IMG/VR virus record: IMGVR_UViG_3300028833_000062
Source: an uncultured virus (IMG/VR IMGVR_UViG_3300028833_000062)
Lineage: Duplodnaviria; Heunggongvirae; Uroviricota; Caudoviricetes
Direction: 5' to 3' (one strand)
DNA length: 64,000 bases
Shown here: positions 1-9,569 of the stretch, piece after piece
How positions within the stretch are numbered: the stretch's first letter is position 1
Layout of the letters: each line of letters starts with the position of its first letter
Notes under the pieces: model-generated
The model's database searches: none
Seen by the model: only the letters and a program-made list of their open reading frames with translations
What the model was told of the DNA's origin: nothing
Program-made: the position numbers and the translations under genes

Positions 1-26
1 AAGTGAAATAGAAACAAATTTTAGAT

Positions 27-374
27 ATGAACCAGAAGAACAATAATAATGAAGAAAATATTTTAGATGTTGATAAATTATATAATATAGCATCTAGATT
101 AAAAGAAGCACAAAGTAATAGAATAAGTGCAAAAAATATACTTGCAAAGAATCCAAGTTCTACAATTAATAAAAGATATATTGATGCTAAAGAAGAATAT
201 GGAAAAGCTTTAAATGATTTTAATAACTTTGTTAATAATTATATTGAAATTAATCCTGATGGTATTAATCAAATAATATTTAATAAAGATGTAAATGATG
301 AAACTGTTATTAGAATAATTAAAAAGGTTAAAGAAGAATTAGAAAAAATAGTTAAAAAAGAATTAGAAAAATAA
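27..374 (+). CDS. hypothetical protein
   Basis: 115-aa ORF ending at a palindromic terminator. Confidence 0.7.
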   Translation: MNQKNNNNEENILDVDKLYNIASRLKEAQSNRISAKNILAKNPSSTINKRYIDAKEEYGKALNDFNNFVNNYIEINPDGINQIIFNKDVNDETVIRIIKKVKEELEKIVKKELEK

Positions 375-400
375 AAGGAGAGAATTAATTCTCTCCTTTT
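373..400. terminator. bidirectional intrinsic terminator
   Basis: Perfect palindrome AAAAGGAGAGAATTAATTCTCTCCTTTT between convergent genes. Confidence 0.8.
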
Positions 401-801
401 TTGTCATTTTCTTGTCCCATTGGTGGAGTATCTACTTCTGTATTAGGAATGCCATTTAATGCATGTTGATAATCATAAGATACTTTATTAAATAAGTTAA
501 AGTTTGTAATAAAATGTTCAATTATCTTAGTAAATAAATAAATATAATCTACACTAATTGCTTCATCTCTTTTTACATCTTCATCAAAGAAATCTACAAA
601 CTTTTTAATTTTAAACTTAGGATTTTCTGCTAAAAATTTTTCAACATCATCTTTTTGAACAAGTTTTCTTTGTCCACATATAGTTATAAAATTTAACATT
701 GGTTTTAAATATTCTTTATCATTTTTAAACCATACATCAAATTTATAAGCGAAATTATCTACATCAAGACATTCTTTTATATATTCTTTAATATTCTTCA
801 T
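385..801 (-). CDS. putative internal virion protein (capsid-targeting-like N-terminus)
   Basis: N-terminus MKNIKEYIKE; last gene of an operon with the late-type motif. Confidence 0.55.
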   Translation of the reverse strand: MKNIKEYIKECLDVDNFAYKFDVWFKNDKEYLKPMLNFITICGQRKLVQKDDVEKFLAENPKFKIKKFVDFFDEDVKRDEAISVDYIYLFTKIIEHFITNFNLFNKVSYDYQHALNGIPNTEVDTPPMGQENDKKGEN

Positions 802-803
802 AA

Positions 804-1415
804 TTAAATACTATAATATCCTTTTAAATTTTCTACAGATTTTATTGTAATTTCATTACTCTTTAATTGAGATATTAAACGTTTATCTTTTATTAAGATA
901 TCACTGTTTATTTCTTTTAATGCAGATACAATATCACCATAATTAATAACATATTTATAAACAGTTAAATCTTCAAATAAAAATACTACAGGAACATCTT
1001 TTGCATTTTCATCAGTATATGTAATACCAATCAATGTACAAGATTCTGTTAATTCATCAGTTTTAAATACTGATGTCAACCATGTATATTTATCATTTAT
1101 TTCTCCATGTTCAGGATGAGTTTTTAGATCTTCTTTTACTTTATAAAAACCAACCTTTTGATTATCATCATTTTGAGAATTAGATATAATCTTTTTTAAG
1201 ATTTTTGTATTTTCAACAGGTTTAATAATTACATTATCAGAAGTAAACTTATTTATATACTTAACTTTTTCTTTTTCATTATAATCAGAAGAAGTTGCAT
1301 CATATTCCTTCTTATTTGATTTACCTGTTAACCATTCCCAAAAACCTTTAAACCAATCACTTATAACTCCTTCTTCAACTAATTGTTCTTGAATGTATTC
1401 ATTTAAATGTTTCAT
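804..1415 (-). CDS. putative internal virion protein
   Basis: N-terminus MKHLNEYIQE..LVEE-GVISDWFKGF. Confidence 0.55.
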   Translation of the reverse strand: MKHLNEYIQEQLVEEGVISDWFKGFWEWLTGKSNKKEYDATSSDYNEKEKVKYINKFTSDNVIIKPVENTKILKKIISNSQNDDNQKVGFYKVKEDLKTHPEHGEINDKYTWLTSVFKTDELTESCTLIGITYTDENAKDVPVVFLFEDLTVYKYVINYGDIVSALKEINSDILIKDKRLISQLKSNEITIKSVENLKGYYSI

Positions 1416-2047
1416 ATATTATATATTAATATTTCTTTATTTTCTTGTGATGTTTTAAATTTAAGTTTATTTAAATTTCCTTTTAATTTTGGATGTAAAT
1501 TTTTTGCAGTAAAACCTTTTATATTACTATTTTCTTTTTTACATATATCAATATATTGTTTTAATATTGTTTCATTTACTTCTGTTGGATTATCTACAAT
1601 AAGATTAGATTCAATATCTACAATATGTCTATAATTTTCTATATATGTAGAAGTATTATCAACCATTAATAAAGCAATAGAATAAGTTCTTTTTCCATCC
1701 TCATCTTGAGAAAAAAATGTATAAACTAATGGATCTATTGGATTATTATTTATATCAACTAATAACTTTTTTTGGTTATTTATAATATTTGTAGCAACAA
1801 CATATCCTAATTTATTATGTTTCCATTCATTTAAAGTATCATTATCAATTTCACTGAATTTTACTGGTTCTTTTGCAAATTTTATAGTTTTAGTATTAAC
1901 TTCATACATTTCAACATTATTACCATTTAATCTTGATTGTTGACTTTTAAATACCTTTTTAAAAAATGCTTTAAACCAATCTAATAAACCCTCATTTAAA
2001 TATTTATTTTCAGCAAAATTATAATAATATTCTTTAATTTGTTTCAT
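1412..2047 (-). CDS. putative internal virion protein
   Basis: N-terminus MKQIKEYYY..LNE-GLLDWFKAF, similar to 804..1415. Confidence 0.55.
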   Translation of the reverse strand: MKQIKEYYYNFAENKYLNEGLLDWFKAFFKKVFKSQQSRLNGNNVEMYEVNTKTIKFAKEPVKFSEIDNDTLNEWKHNKLGYVVATNIINNQKKLLVDINNNPIDPLVYTFFSQDEDGKRTYSIALLMVDNTSTYIENYRHIVDIESNLIVDNPTEVNETILKQYIDICKKENSNIKGFTAKNLHPKLKGNLNKLKFKTSQENKEILIYNI

Positions 2048-2068
2048 ATAATATTTTATATAATAATC

Positions 2069-2080
2069 TATATAAAAATA
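2069..2080 (-). promoter_or_regulatory. late-type promoter motif TATTTTTATATA
   Basis: Exact motif 21 nt upstream of ATG at 2047; recurs before every - strand operon. Confidence 0.7.
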
Positions 2081-2135
2081 AAATTAAATATTATTACATT
2101 TCTATATTAAAATAGAAATATATCTATTTATATGC

Positions 2136-3134
2136 ATGAATCTTATTCATACTGATTTTGAAATTCTAGAACAAGAACCTGGTTTAAAAGGCATATATAA
2201 AGCAGCAGAATATCCTGGAAGAATATGTTATGGTAGTACTGATAAAATAACTGAAGATAGTGCACAACCATTTGTAGAAAATACTTTAATGAAATCAGAT
2301 CATGGTGCACCTCTTGAGCATGCTGCAGTTTATCTTAAATGTCCAGAAAATGTATATCAAAAATATGTAAATAATAAATATTCAAGAACTAATTATCATA
2401 AAACAGAAAATAATAATGGTCCTATTACTTGGTTAGATACTGAATCAAGATTTGGTTATTTAAGTGATACTGTTGAATATTATGTATCAACAAATCTTAG
2501 AGTTCTTTATGATAATAAATGGTTAGATGATTTAAAATATATTTGTGAATTAACACAGTATCATACAAGAAGAGTTACAGTTAAATTTACTTGTGATATT
2601 GGAGTAAGTAGAGAATATAATCGTCATCGTAATGATTCACCTAATGAAGAAAGTACAAGATATTGTAATTATTCTAAAGATAAGTTCGGTGGTTCAATAA
2701 ATATTATAGAGCCTTGTTGGTTATATGATAGACATGATGAACTTCAGAAGAAAGTAGATACTCTTGATTTTATTACTTATATTAAATGGATTGCTGCCGG
2801 TCAAGATGAATTATTTAATGATATTGATTATTGGCTTTTTGGATCACTTTCCTCAGAATGGTGTTACATGAATCTTGTAAATAAATGTGGATGGAAACAA
2901 CAACAAGCAAGAACTAAACTTGAACTTGATACAAAGACTACATTAGTACATACAGCATTTGTAGATGATTGGGTGCACTTCTTTAATTTACGAGCCCTTG
3001 GTACTACTGGTGCACCTCATCCACAAGCTAAAGAATTAGCAGAACCACTTTTGGAAGAATTTATAAATAGAGGATATTTAAATAATGAACTTAAAAACAG
3101 ACTTGGTAAAAAACAACGAGAATACAATAGTTAA
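2136..3134 (+). CDS. thyX: flavin-dependent thymidylate synthase
   Basis: H-x-x-P-LEH motif and RHR-x7-S signature (EYNRHRNDSPNEESTRYC); HFFNLR..APHPQ. Confidence 0.9.
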   Translation: MNLIHTDFEILEQEPGLKGIYKAAEYPGRICYGSTDKITEDSAQPFVENTLMKSDHGAPLEHAAVYLKCPENVYQKYVNNKYSRTNYHKTENNNGPITWLDTESRFGYLSDTVEYYVSTNLRVLYDNKWLDDLKYICELTQYHTRRVTVKFTCDIGVSREYNRHRNDSPNEESTRYCNYSKDKFGGSINIIEPCWLYDRHDELQKKVDTLDFITYIKWIAAGQDELFNDIDYWLFGSLSSEWCYMNLVNKCGWKQQQARTKLELDTKTTLVHTAFVDDWVHFFNLRALGTTGAPHPQAKELAEPLLEEFINRGYLNNELKNRLGKKQREYNS

Positions 3135-3318
3135 ATTTAATTTTATTACAATAATATTAATTTTTATTGTATTATGTCTTGAAACTACTTTATTCTTATC
3201 TGTACCTCTTGGTATTATATTTACAGTAATTTCATTAGGTTATATAATATTTATAATTATAGTAAAAGATAAATTATTGAAAATAAATAAAGAAAAAGGA
3301 GATGAAAAACTTTCTTGA
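3085..3318 (+). CDS. small membrane protein
   Basis: Two hydrophobic segments. Confidence 0.55.
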   Translation: MNLKTDLVKNNENTIVKFNFITIILIFIVLCLETTLFLSVPLGIIFTVISLGYIIFIIIVKDKLLKINKEKGDEKLS

Positions 3319-3523
3319 TGGATTAATGAAAATGTTTGTAATGATAGGAATGTTTATATTTCTAATTTTAGGCACAATAATTATGTTTTGGCCATTCATT
3401 GCAACTATATTAATATTCTGCGTATTATTTTGGATATTTCTTCCAGTTATTGGATGGATATTATTTAGTATATTAACACTTGCAATATTACTATATATAA
3501 TATTAAATATCTTTTTTAATTAA
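3302..3523 (+). CDS. small membrane protein
   Basis: Almost entirely hydrophobic 73-aa ORF. Confidence 0.6.
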   Translation: MKNFLDGLMKMFVMIGMFIFLILGTIIMFWPFIATILIFCVLFWIFLPVIGWILFSILTLAILLYIILNIFFN

Positions 3524-3597
3524 TGAATTTTTTAAATAAGAATTTCTATTTTATAGTAAGTGATAAAAAATATATTAATTTTTAAACAATTTTAGTT

Positions 3598-4212
3598 ATG
3601 AGTAATTCTATTTTTGACCTTTTAGGTATTGATTTAAATGCTACACTTGAAAAGCTTGTTGATTTAAAAGATGAATTAACAAATATTTATAATAATAAGG
3701 TAGATGAAATAAAGGAAAGTATTAAGAAATATGATCTTGATACAGAAGAAGGTTATGAAGCTTTTATTAAGGAAGCTGCAAATATTAGAACTGAACTTGT
3801 TAAGAGTGATTCAATATTTTCAGATAAACTTATTGATTTACTTGATTCTGCTGTAGAAAGAGCTATGAAGAATCATTCAGAAAAAATGGCAAATAAAAAT
3901 CTTTCTAAGGTTAAAGAAAATAAAGTAAATGATCTTGTAGATGCTGAGGTTAATCGTAGTAAGAATGAAAATCATAAAAAGATTAATACAGGTAAGGGTG
4001 TTACTGAAAATGTAAATGAAGATGAAATTGATTGGCCATCTAATAAACTTACTATTAAGCAGAAAAAGAATATTATTAAACTTGTTGATGAATATATGAA
4101 TACCATGGTTTTACCTTATATCAATGATGATATTGATGAAGATACTGTACATGATATGGCAAGTGGATTATTTGAATTCGCCGCTTGGATTCTTACAAAA
4201 GAAGAAGACTAA
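3598..4212 (+). CDS. hypothetical helical protein
   Basis: 204-aa ORF with typical codon usage. Confidence 0.75.
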   Translation: MSNSIFDLLGIDLNATLEKLVDLKDELTNIYNNKVDEIKESIKKYDLDTEEGYEAFIKEAANIRTELVKSDSIFSDKLIDLLDSAVERAMKNHSEKMANKNLSKVKENKVNDLVDAEVNRSKNENHKKINTGKGVTENVNEDEIDWPSNKLTIKQKKNIIKLVDEYMNTMVLPYINDDIDEDTVHDMASGLFEFAAWILTKEED

Positions 4213-4261
4213 AGCGTTAATATATATTAAATTTTATAAATAAATTAAAAAACAAAAAAGT

Positions 4262-4900
4262 ATGAAGAAATTATTTGTAATTTTGGCAAGCATTCTTCTT
4301 ATGATTGGAGTAAGTTCTTGCAATTCATGTACAAATCGTTCAACAGAACCTGTTTTTGCTGATGTTGAAACCGTAGATTCTCTTTATGTAGAGCATACTG
4401 TTGCAGTAGATAGACAGGCAATGTTTGCTAAGGGCATTGATAATGATTACAGATGGTATGAAACAAATATTCGTCTTGTAAATTTCCTTGATGAGGAATA
4501 TGCAGGTATTGACGAAGTTGTTAATGTATTCCAAACTGTAGAAAGTAGAGATGAACATAGTTTTGATACTGTTGTTTATAAGTTCCAGCACACAGCTGAA
4601 GGAACAGTAGAAGGTTCTACACCTGGTTTCTGGGTTGAAGATTATCCTCTTAACAATGAACAGATTATTGTAACATTTGCACAAGCTCTTGAGAAGGTAA
4701 ATGAAGTTAATCTTCCTAAGCCACATTCAAGATATGCTGTTCTTAGAAAGCAGGTTGGTCCTGTAGATGCAAATCCTCAGTGGATTTTTGGAAATGTAAG
4801 AGCACAGCTTTATGTTGATGCAGTTACTGGTGAAGTTTCAACAGAAAATCCTGCATTTAAGGGACTTAATCTTGGTACACCTCTTGGAGAATGGCCTTAA
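4262..4900 (+). CDS. lipoprotein with PepSY-like C-terminus
   Basis: Signal peptide with lipobox GVSS-C; C-terminal LYVDAVTGEV. Confidence 0.7.
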   Translation: MKKLFVILASILLMIGVSSCNSCTNRSTEPVFADVETVDSLYVEHTVAVDRQAMFAKGIDNDYRWYETNIRLVNFLDEEYAGIDEVVNVFQTVESRDEHSFDTVVYKFQHTAEGTVEGSTPGFWVEDYPLNNEQIIVTFAQALEKVNEVNLPKPHSRYAVLRKQVGPVDANPQWIFGNVRAQLYVDAVTGEVSTENPAFKGLNLGTPLGEWP

Positions 4901-5040
4901 TAGTTAAATATTAAATTCGTATGGTTAATTTACAGAACACTCGCCTAGATTTTTATATGAGTATAAAAGTTGATAATGGAGAAATAATAGGAGTGAAAAA
5001 CCTTCAGTAGAAATCTGACGTTAAAATTTTACGATAAAAT

Positions 5041-5072
5041 AAAGAGAACCAATTATTTGGTTCTCTTTTTTT
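5041..5072. terminator. bidirectional terminator
   Basis: AAAGAGAACCAA-ttat-TTGGTTCTCTTT followed by a T-run. Confidence 0.8.
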
Positions 5073-5073
5073 A

Positions 5074-5418
5074 TTACATTACGCCAAGAACATTTGGTAA
5101 TTTACCAGCAAGAGGATTTGCAACATTTAAAGTTCCTCCTGGATTAACAACAGCTGTTTGTGTTACTGGTGAACCTGTTGTAAGAATATTTCCATATATA
5201 CACATTGATTTTACATATTGATCTATAATATCAGCAATTCTTTCTGCAAGCGCATCTGATACCATATCATCAAATTTTTCAGCAAAATCAGAACACATTT
5301 CTTTTGTTTTATCTGTCATTTCTACAAATGTACCTCTCATACATATTTCAATTGCTGGAGGTATTATTTGAGAAAATGTATTTTTTAAATCATCTTTTAA
5401 TTGTGAAGGATTTAACAT
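5074..5418 (-). CDS. late hypothetical protein, possibly structural
   Basis: 114-aa ORF; late-type motif at 5439-5450. Confidence 0.65.
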   Translation of the reverse strand: MLNPSQLKDDLKNTFSQIIPPAIEICMRGTFVEMTDKTKEMCSDFAEKFDDMVSDALAERIADIIDQYVKSMCIYGNILTTGSPVTQTAVVNPGGTLNVANPLAGKLPNVLGVM

Positions 5419-5438
5419 ATTACTTCTATATTATATTA

Positions 5439-5450
5439 TATATAAAAATA
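5439..5450 (-). promoter_or_regulatory. late-type promoter motif TATTTTTATATA
   Basis: Exact motif 20 nt upstream of ATG at 5418. Confidence 0.7.
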
Positions 5451-5468
5451 ATTTTTAATATTGAATTT

Positions 5469-5756
5469 ATGATTCTTTATATAGTATTTTCATGTAATAA
5501 AAAAAGTAATGATTATTATGACAATGATAGAACAGTTGAATATATTTCTCAAGATAAACAAAAAGCAATTGATTTTTTAAATTCAGAAAGAGAAAGATAT
5601 TTTAATACTTGTATTGGAGAAATTACAAGAGATGAAAAATATCATTTTTGTTTATGTGATTGTTATAATTGGGATTATGAATATTGGATAGAAAAATTTA
5701 CAACAGATATTAATATTAGAAAATGGTTATTAGAAAAAAATAATAGTGAACTTTGA
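5469..5756 (+). CDS. hypothetical protein
   Basis: Likely start is the ATG at 5469 (MILYIVF), within track ORF 5304..5756. Confidence 0.6.
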   Translation: MILYIVFSCNKKSNDYYDNDRTVEYISQDKQKAIDFLNSERERYFNTCIGEITRDEKYHFCLCDCYNWDYEYWIEKFTTDINIRKWLLEKNNSEL

Positions 5757-5785
5757 ATTTTAAAATAATAATACTATATTATAAT
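5753..5785 (+). promoter_or_regulatory. early-type promoter TTGAAT-N15-CTATATTATAAT
   Basis: Motif and exact spacing shared by at least 12 sites in the window. Confidence 0.75.
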
Positions 5786-5875
5786 TGGTTGCCGATTGAC
5801 CATAATAATCGGTGGTGGTGGACCTTCAAGAAAATATCTTGATTGTAAAGTTAAATAAATTTATTAGTTTACAAA

Positions 5876-6814
5876 ATGAAGACACAGACTTACACAAAAA
5901 TTAACACACTTTACAAGAGGTATCAGAACCTTGGTAAGGTAGAACTTCCTAACAAGGCTTGGATGGCTTTCCAGAACAAGATTATCATTGGTGATTTCTC
6001 TGATGATTATATGGAATATATCAAGGGTCTAAAGTTCGACTGTTTCTCTAAGATTGACGGTACTAATTCTAAGATTGTTTATCTTCCTTCTACTGGTGAA
6101 TGTTTCGCTGGTGGTAAGACTGATAATGCTGATATTGTCGGTACTGGTCAGAAAGCTATGCTTGATGATATTATTGCTCGTATCAAGCCTATTCTTGCAG
6201 AGCTTTTCCCTCCTGAGTGTGCAAAGTTCGCTCCTAAGATGAATGACAAGAATCAGCCTATTATGTATGAATTTGATAGTGCAGAGGGTTACTATCCTGA
6301 TTCTCCTATTGAAAAGCCTACATCAGCAGATGTATATGTTGTAGAATATGAGGAAGTTCCTATCTACATCTATGGAGAGTTCTTCGGTAAGAAGATTCAG
6401 GCTGGTGGAAACTATGATAAGGATAAGAACCGTTTCTCTATCTTTGACATTTGTATGCAAGGTTGGTGGGTTCCTATTGACATGCTCAATGACTATGCTA
6501 CAAAGCTTGGTCTTGATGTAGCTCCTTACATTGGTCAGATGACTATTGAGGAAGCTGAAAAGATGGTTATGAATGGATTCAAGACTCGTGTACCAAATGT
6601 ATCTAATCCTGATTATCTTGAGGAAGGTATTGTAGCTCGTCCTATTGTTCCTATCAAGGATCCTCGTGGACGCCGTATCATTGTCAAGATTAAGACTTGT
6701 GACTACAATGATCTTAAGGTTGCTGTTGATAAGGTTGGTGAGGATGAGTATAAGAAGTTCAAGAAGTGGTATGAGGATAATAGGGAGATGATTGAGAATT
6801 CAGTCAAAAAGTAA
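5876..6814 (+). CDS. RNA ligase 2 (Rnl2)-family nucleotidyltransferase
   Basis: Motifs I KIDGTN, III IYGEFFG, IIIa FSIFDI, IV EEGIVARP, V IVKIK. Confidence 0.8.
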   Translation: MKTQTYTKINTLYKRYQNLGKVELPNKAWMAFQNKIIIGDFSDDYMEYIKGLKFDCFSKIDGTNSKIVYLPSTGECFAGGKTDNADIVGTGQKAMLDDIIARIKPILAELFPPECAKFAPKMNDKNQPIMYEFDSAEGYYPDSPIEKPTSADVYVVEYEEVPIYIYGEFFGKKIQAGGNYDKDKNRFSIFDICMQGWWVPIDMLNDYATKLGLDVAPYIGQMTIEEAEKMVMNGFKTRVPNVSNPDYLEEGIVARPIVPIKDPRGRRIIVKIKTCDYNDLKVAVDKVGEDEYKKFKKWYEDNREMIENSVKK

Positions 6815-6840
6815 AGATATAAAATTAAAATGGGTTAAAC

Positions 6841-6873
6841 AAAAATAGGGATGTTGTGAAATATCCCTATTTT
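6841..6873 (+). terminator. intrinsic terminator
   Basis: AAAATAGGGAT..ATCCCTATTTT hairpin after the ligase gene. Confidence 0.7.
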
Positions 6874-6908
6874 ATTTTCTATATTAAATTATAAATAGGT
6901 AATTAAAT

Positions 6909-7289
6909 ATGATTTATATTTTTATATTAATGTTATTTTGTCATATTATTGATGACTTTGTATTACAACCAGTTTGTTTAAGTAATTTAAAACAAAAACA
7001 CTGGTGGGATGAACATTGTTATGGAAAACAATATAAGAATGATTATAAAATGGCATTACTCATTCATTCTTTAAGTTGGAGTATAATGATACATCTACCA
7101 TTAATGTATAATATGTTCTATATGTTTCCTGAAATATTGATATTATTAAGCATTATTATAAACGCAATAATTCATTATATTGTTGATGATTTAAAGGCAA
7201 ACAAATATAAAATTAATTTAATTATTGATCAAAGTATACATTTTGTACAAATTATTTTAACATTTATTTTATTCTTTATAATTTTATGA
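6909..7289 (+). CDS. DUF3307-like membrane protein
   Basis: H-x-x-x-DFVLQ, HS, HYIVD, DQSIH motifs in hydrophobic helices. Confidence 0.75.
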   Translation: MIYIFILMLFCHIIDDFVLQPVCLSNLKQKHWWDEHCYGKQYKNDYKMALLIHSLSWSIMIHLPLMYNMFYMFPEILILLSIIINAIIHYIVDDLKANKYKINLIIDQSIHFVQIILTFILFFIIL

Positions 7290-7549
7290 ATGAAGATACT
7301 ATAAATATATTAGAAGAATATAAAAAGTCTTTATTAGATGAACTTCAAGTATATGTAGATTTAGTAGCTAAATCAGCTAAATGGCGTCTTGATTTTTGGA
7401 AGAAACATAAGAAAGATCTTGAAGGTGTTCAACAATATGATCTTGTATCAACATTTGATTTGCCAGCATACTATGCATATGGTAATGCAAAAGATATTGT
7501 AAAAGAAAAGTTTAATGAAATATTAAGTAAATATGAAAGTACAGATTAG
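7286..7549 (+). CDS. hypothetical protein
   Basis: ORF overlapping both neighbours (translational coupling). Confidence 0.65.
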   Translation: MNEDTINILEEYKKSLLDELQVYVDLVAKSAKWRLDFWKKHKKDLEGVQQYDLVSTFDLPAYYAYGNAKDIVKEKFNEILSKYESTD

Positions 7550-8228
7550 ACAAAGTTGTTTTGAAACAAATAGTAGCAGTATGCATGCTATTGTTATTAC
7601 AAAGAATAAACCAGAAAATATTTATACTGGATATGCATGCGAATTTAAAGTAGGAGAATTCGGATGGGAACATAGAAGATATATGGATTTCATGGATAAA
7701 GCTTCATATCTTTGGACTATTATTGTAAATAGTTGTTTAAAGACTGTTTATGAAGGTACTTTTTATACATCTAATTATGATGGTAAAGAATATGAAAAGT
7801 ATCATTATGAATTAGATACTGAGAATGAAGATTATAAGAAAATAAAGAAAGCGATTACAGATACTCTTATTAGTGTTGGATTTGAAGATGATGGTTGGAG
7901 TATTAGGTTTCAAGAAGAATTTACTAAAACAGATTGGGGATTAGAAACTGGTTATGTTGATCATACTCCTGGTCTTGGTTTTGTAAAAGAAATTGTTTTT
8001 AATAGAGATAGACTAATTAGATTTCTTTTTAATCCTACTTCATTTATTGAAACATGGAATGACAATGAATGGGAACTTGATCCAAGAATTGAAGAAGAGC
8101 TTGAAAAGAAATATTGGGATGAAGAAAAACAAGATTATAAAGATGGATATTGGGAAGCAGAAGATTGGGCATATTTTAGAATGCCTCGTGAAGAAGATAT
8201 TGAATGGAAATATTTAAAAGGAAATTAA
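7533..8228 (+). CDS. FETNSSS-motif protein, type A
   Basis: MKVQIRQSCFETNSSSMH, GEFGWE, GYVDH, ETWND. Confidence 0.75.
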   Translation: MKVQIRQSCFETNSSSMHAIVITKNKPENIYTGYACEFKVGEFGWEHRRYMDFMDKASYLWTIIVNSCLKTVYEGTFYTSNYDGKEYEKYHYELDTENEDYKKIKKAITDTLISVGFEDDGWSIRFQEEFTKTDWGLETGYVDHTPGLGFVKEIVFNRDRLIRFLFNPTSFIETWNDNEWELDPRIEEELEKKYWDEEKQDYKDGYWEAEDWAYFRMPREEDIEWKYLKGN

Positions 8229-8229
8229 T

Positions 8230-8844
8230 ATGAAAATACAAATTAGACGAAACGTTTTTGAGACAAATTCAAGTCATGAACATTCTATTTCAATTGTCAA
8301 AGAGGATGATTGGGTAAAGTGGCTTAATGGTGAAATTCTTGGTAGAGTTGTAAAGAAGAAAAGAGAAGCTGGATGGGGTAATTTTGATAGTGAAATTTTT
8401 GAGTGGGAATTTTCTTCAGACTTTGATAGATGTAAAAGAGATAATGAAATTCTTATAAATGAAATTAAAAATAAAGGTCTTGCTAAGCAAGAAGAATATA
8501 AGAATGAGTGTCTTAATCATAAGAAGCTTGTTGAAAGGGAATTAACTCCTAAAGAATTTGAGGCTTTATCAGATAAAGAACAAGACAAGTATGAAGATGA
8601 CCTTTATATGGATAGACTTTATACATTTGATGAAGATGATTATAATTATTGGAAAGATATTTATAATAATATGTCTTTAGATAATCCTAGTAGTCTTCAA
8701 TATGTTTCAAGAGTTCTTGATGGTTTTTGGATTACTTATGATCAATATAAAGAAGATTGGCTTGATATAGATTGTGTATCTCCTTGGGACCATAAGAATG
8801 AAAATCTTGGTGTACATGTATTTGGTAAATATTTTCACAGTTAA
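8230..8844 (+). CDS. FETNSS-motif protein, type B
   Basis: MKIQIRRNVFETNSSHEH, C-terminal VFGKY. Confidence 0.75.
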   Translation: MKIQIRRNVFETNSSHEHSISIVKEDDWVKWLNGEILGRVVKKKREAGWGNFDSEIFEWEFSSDFDRCKRDNEILINEIKNKGLAKQEEYKNECLNHKKLVERELTPKEFEALSDKEQDKYEDDLYMDRLYTFDEDDYNYWKDIYNNMSLDNPSSLQYVSRVLDGFWITYDQYKEDWLDIDCVSPWDHKNENLGVHVFGKYFHS

Positions 8845-8849
8845 AGATT

Positions 8850-9155
8850 ATGATTGGTAAAATTTTAATAATATTACTTTTTATACTTCTATATATAGTC
8901 ATTTCATGTGGGCTATGTTATACAGTAATTGGAGTGCATAATCCTATACATAAATTTAATACTGAAAAAGATCCTTGGGATGATAGTAAATCTATATTGA
9001 TTTGTAATACAGATGATAAATTTTCATTTTTCTTACTATTTCTTATTTGGCCATTATTAGTATTATTTTATTGGATTCCGCTTGGTATATATCATATATT
9101 TAAATTCCTGATTGAATTTTTAGCTTGGTCTATTGCAAAATTATTTAAGCTTTAA
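8850..9155 (+). CDS. membrane protein
   Basis: Two hydrophobic helices, IWPL motif. Confidence 0.65.
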   Translation: MIGKILIILLFILLYIVISCGLCYTVIGVHNPIHKFNTEKDPWDDSKSILICNTDDKFSFFLLFLIWPLLVLFYWIPLGIYHIFKFLIEFLAWSIAKLFKL

Positions 9156-9156
9156 T

Positions 9157-9567
9157 ATGAAAATTAATTTAAGAAAGGGTTTATTTGAAACATCATCATC
9201 AAGTGAAGATTCATTAAGTGTATATCAAGATATGAAACTTTATATACTTCCTAAGGATGTATATAATAGATTTATTAATGGTGAAGTATATATAAGATTT
9301 GGTGAAAATATCAGACCAGATTGGAGTGATGATGAAAATGTCATTGAAGAAGCAAATAAAGAACCTATTAAGAAGTATAATCTTGTTGGTAGGAATTCAG
9401 GATATAAGTTTTCTGTCGGACATTTATATTATTACTTTGATAAATTTTATATAGATTATGAATCATATATAGGAGAATTATATTATCATTTTTCAGACTA
9501 TCAATTATTTAATTATGAAGATGGAGATAATATGATTTTTGGATTTTATGCATATACAGAAGATTAA
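9157..9567 (+). CDS. FET(S)SSS-motif protein, type B
   Basis: Start ATG at 9157: MKINLRKGLFETSSSSED, C-terminal IFGFY. Confidence 0.7.
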   Translation: MKINLRKGLFETSSSSEDSLSVYQDMKLYILPKDVYNRFINGEVYIRFGENIRPDWSDDENVIEEANKEPIKKYNLVGRNSGYKFSVGHLYYYFDKFYIDYESYIGELYYHFSDYQLFNYEDGDNMIFGFYAYTED

Positions 9568-9569
9568 TT

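Noticed and set aside
4960..5035. Hammerhead ribozyme core (CTGA...GAAA)
   Set aside because: The CUGANGA consensus is not met (CTGACGT) and the stems do not fit the required topology.
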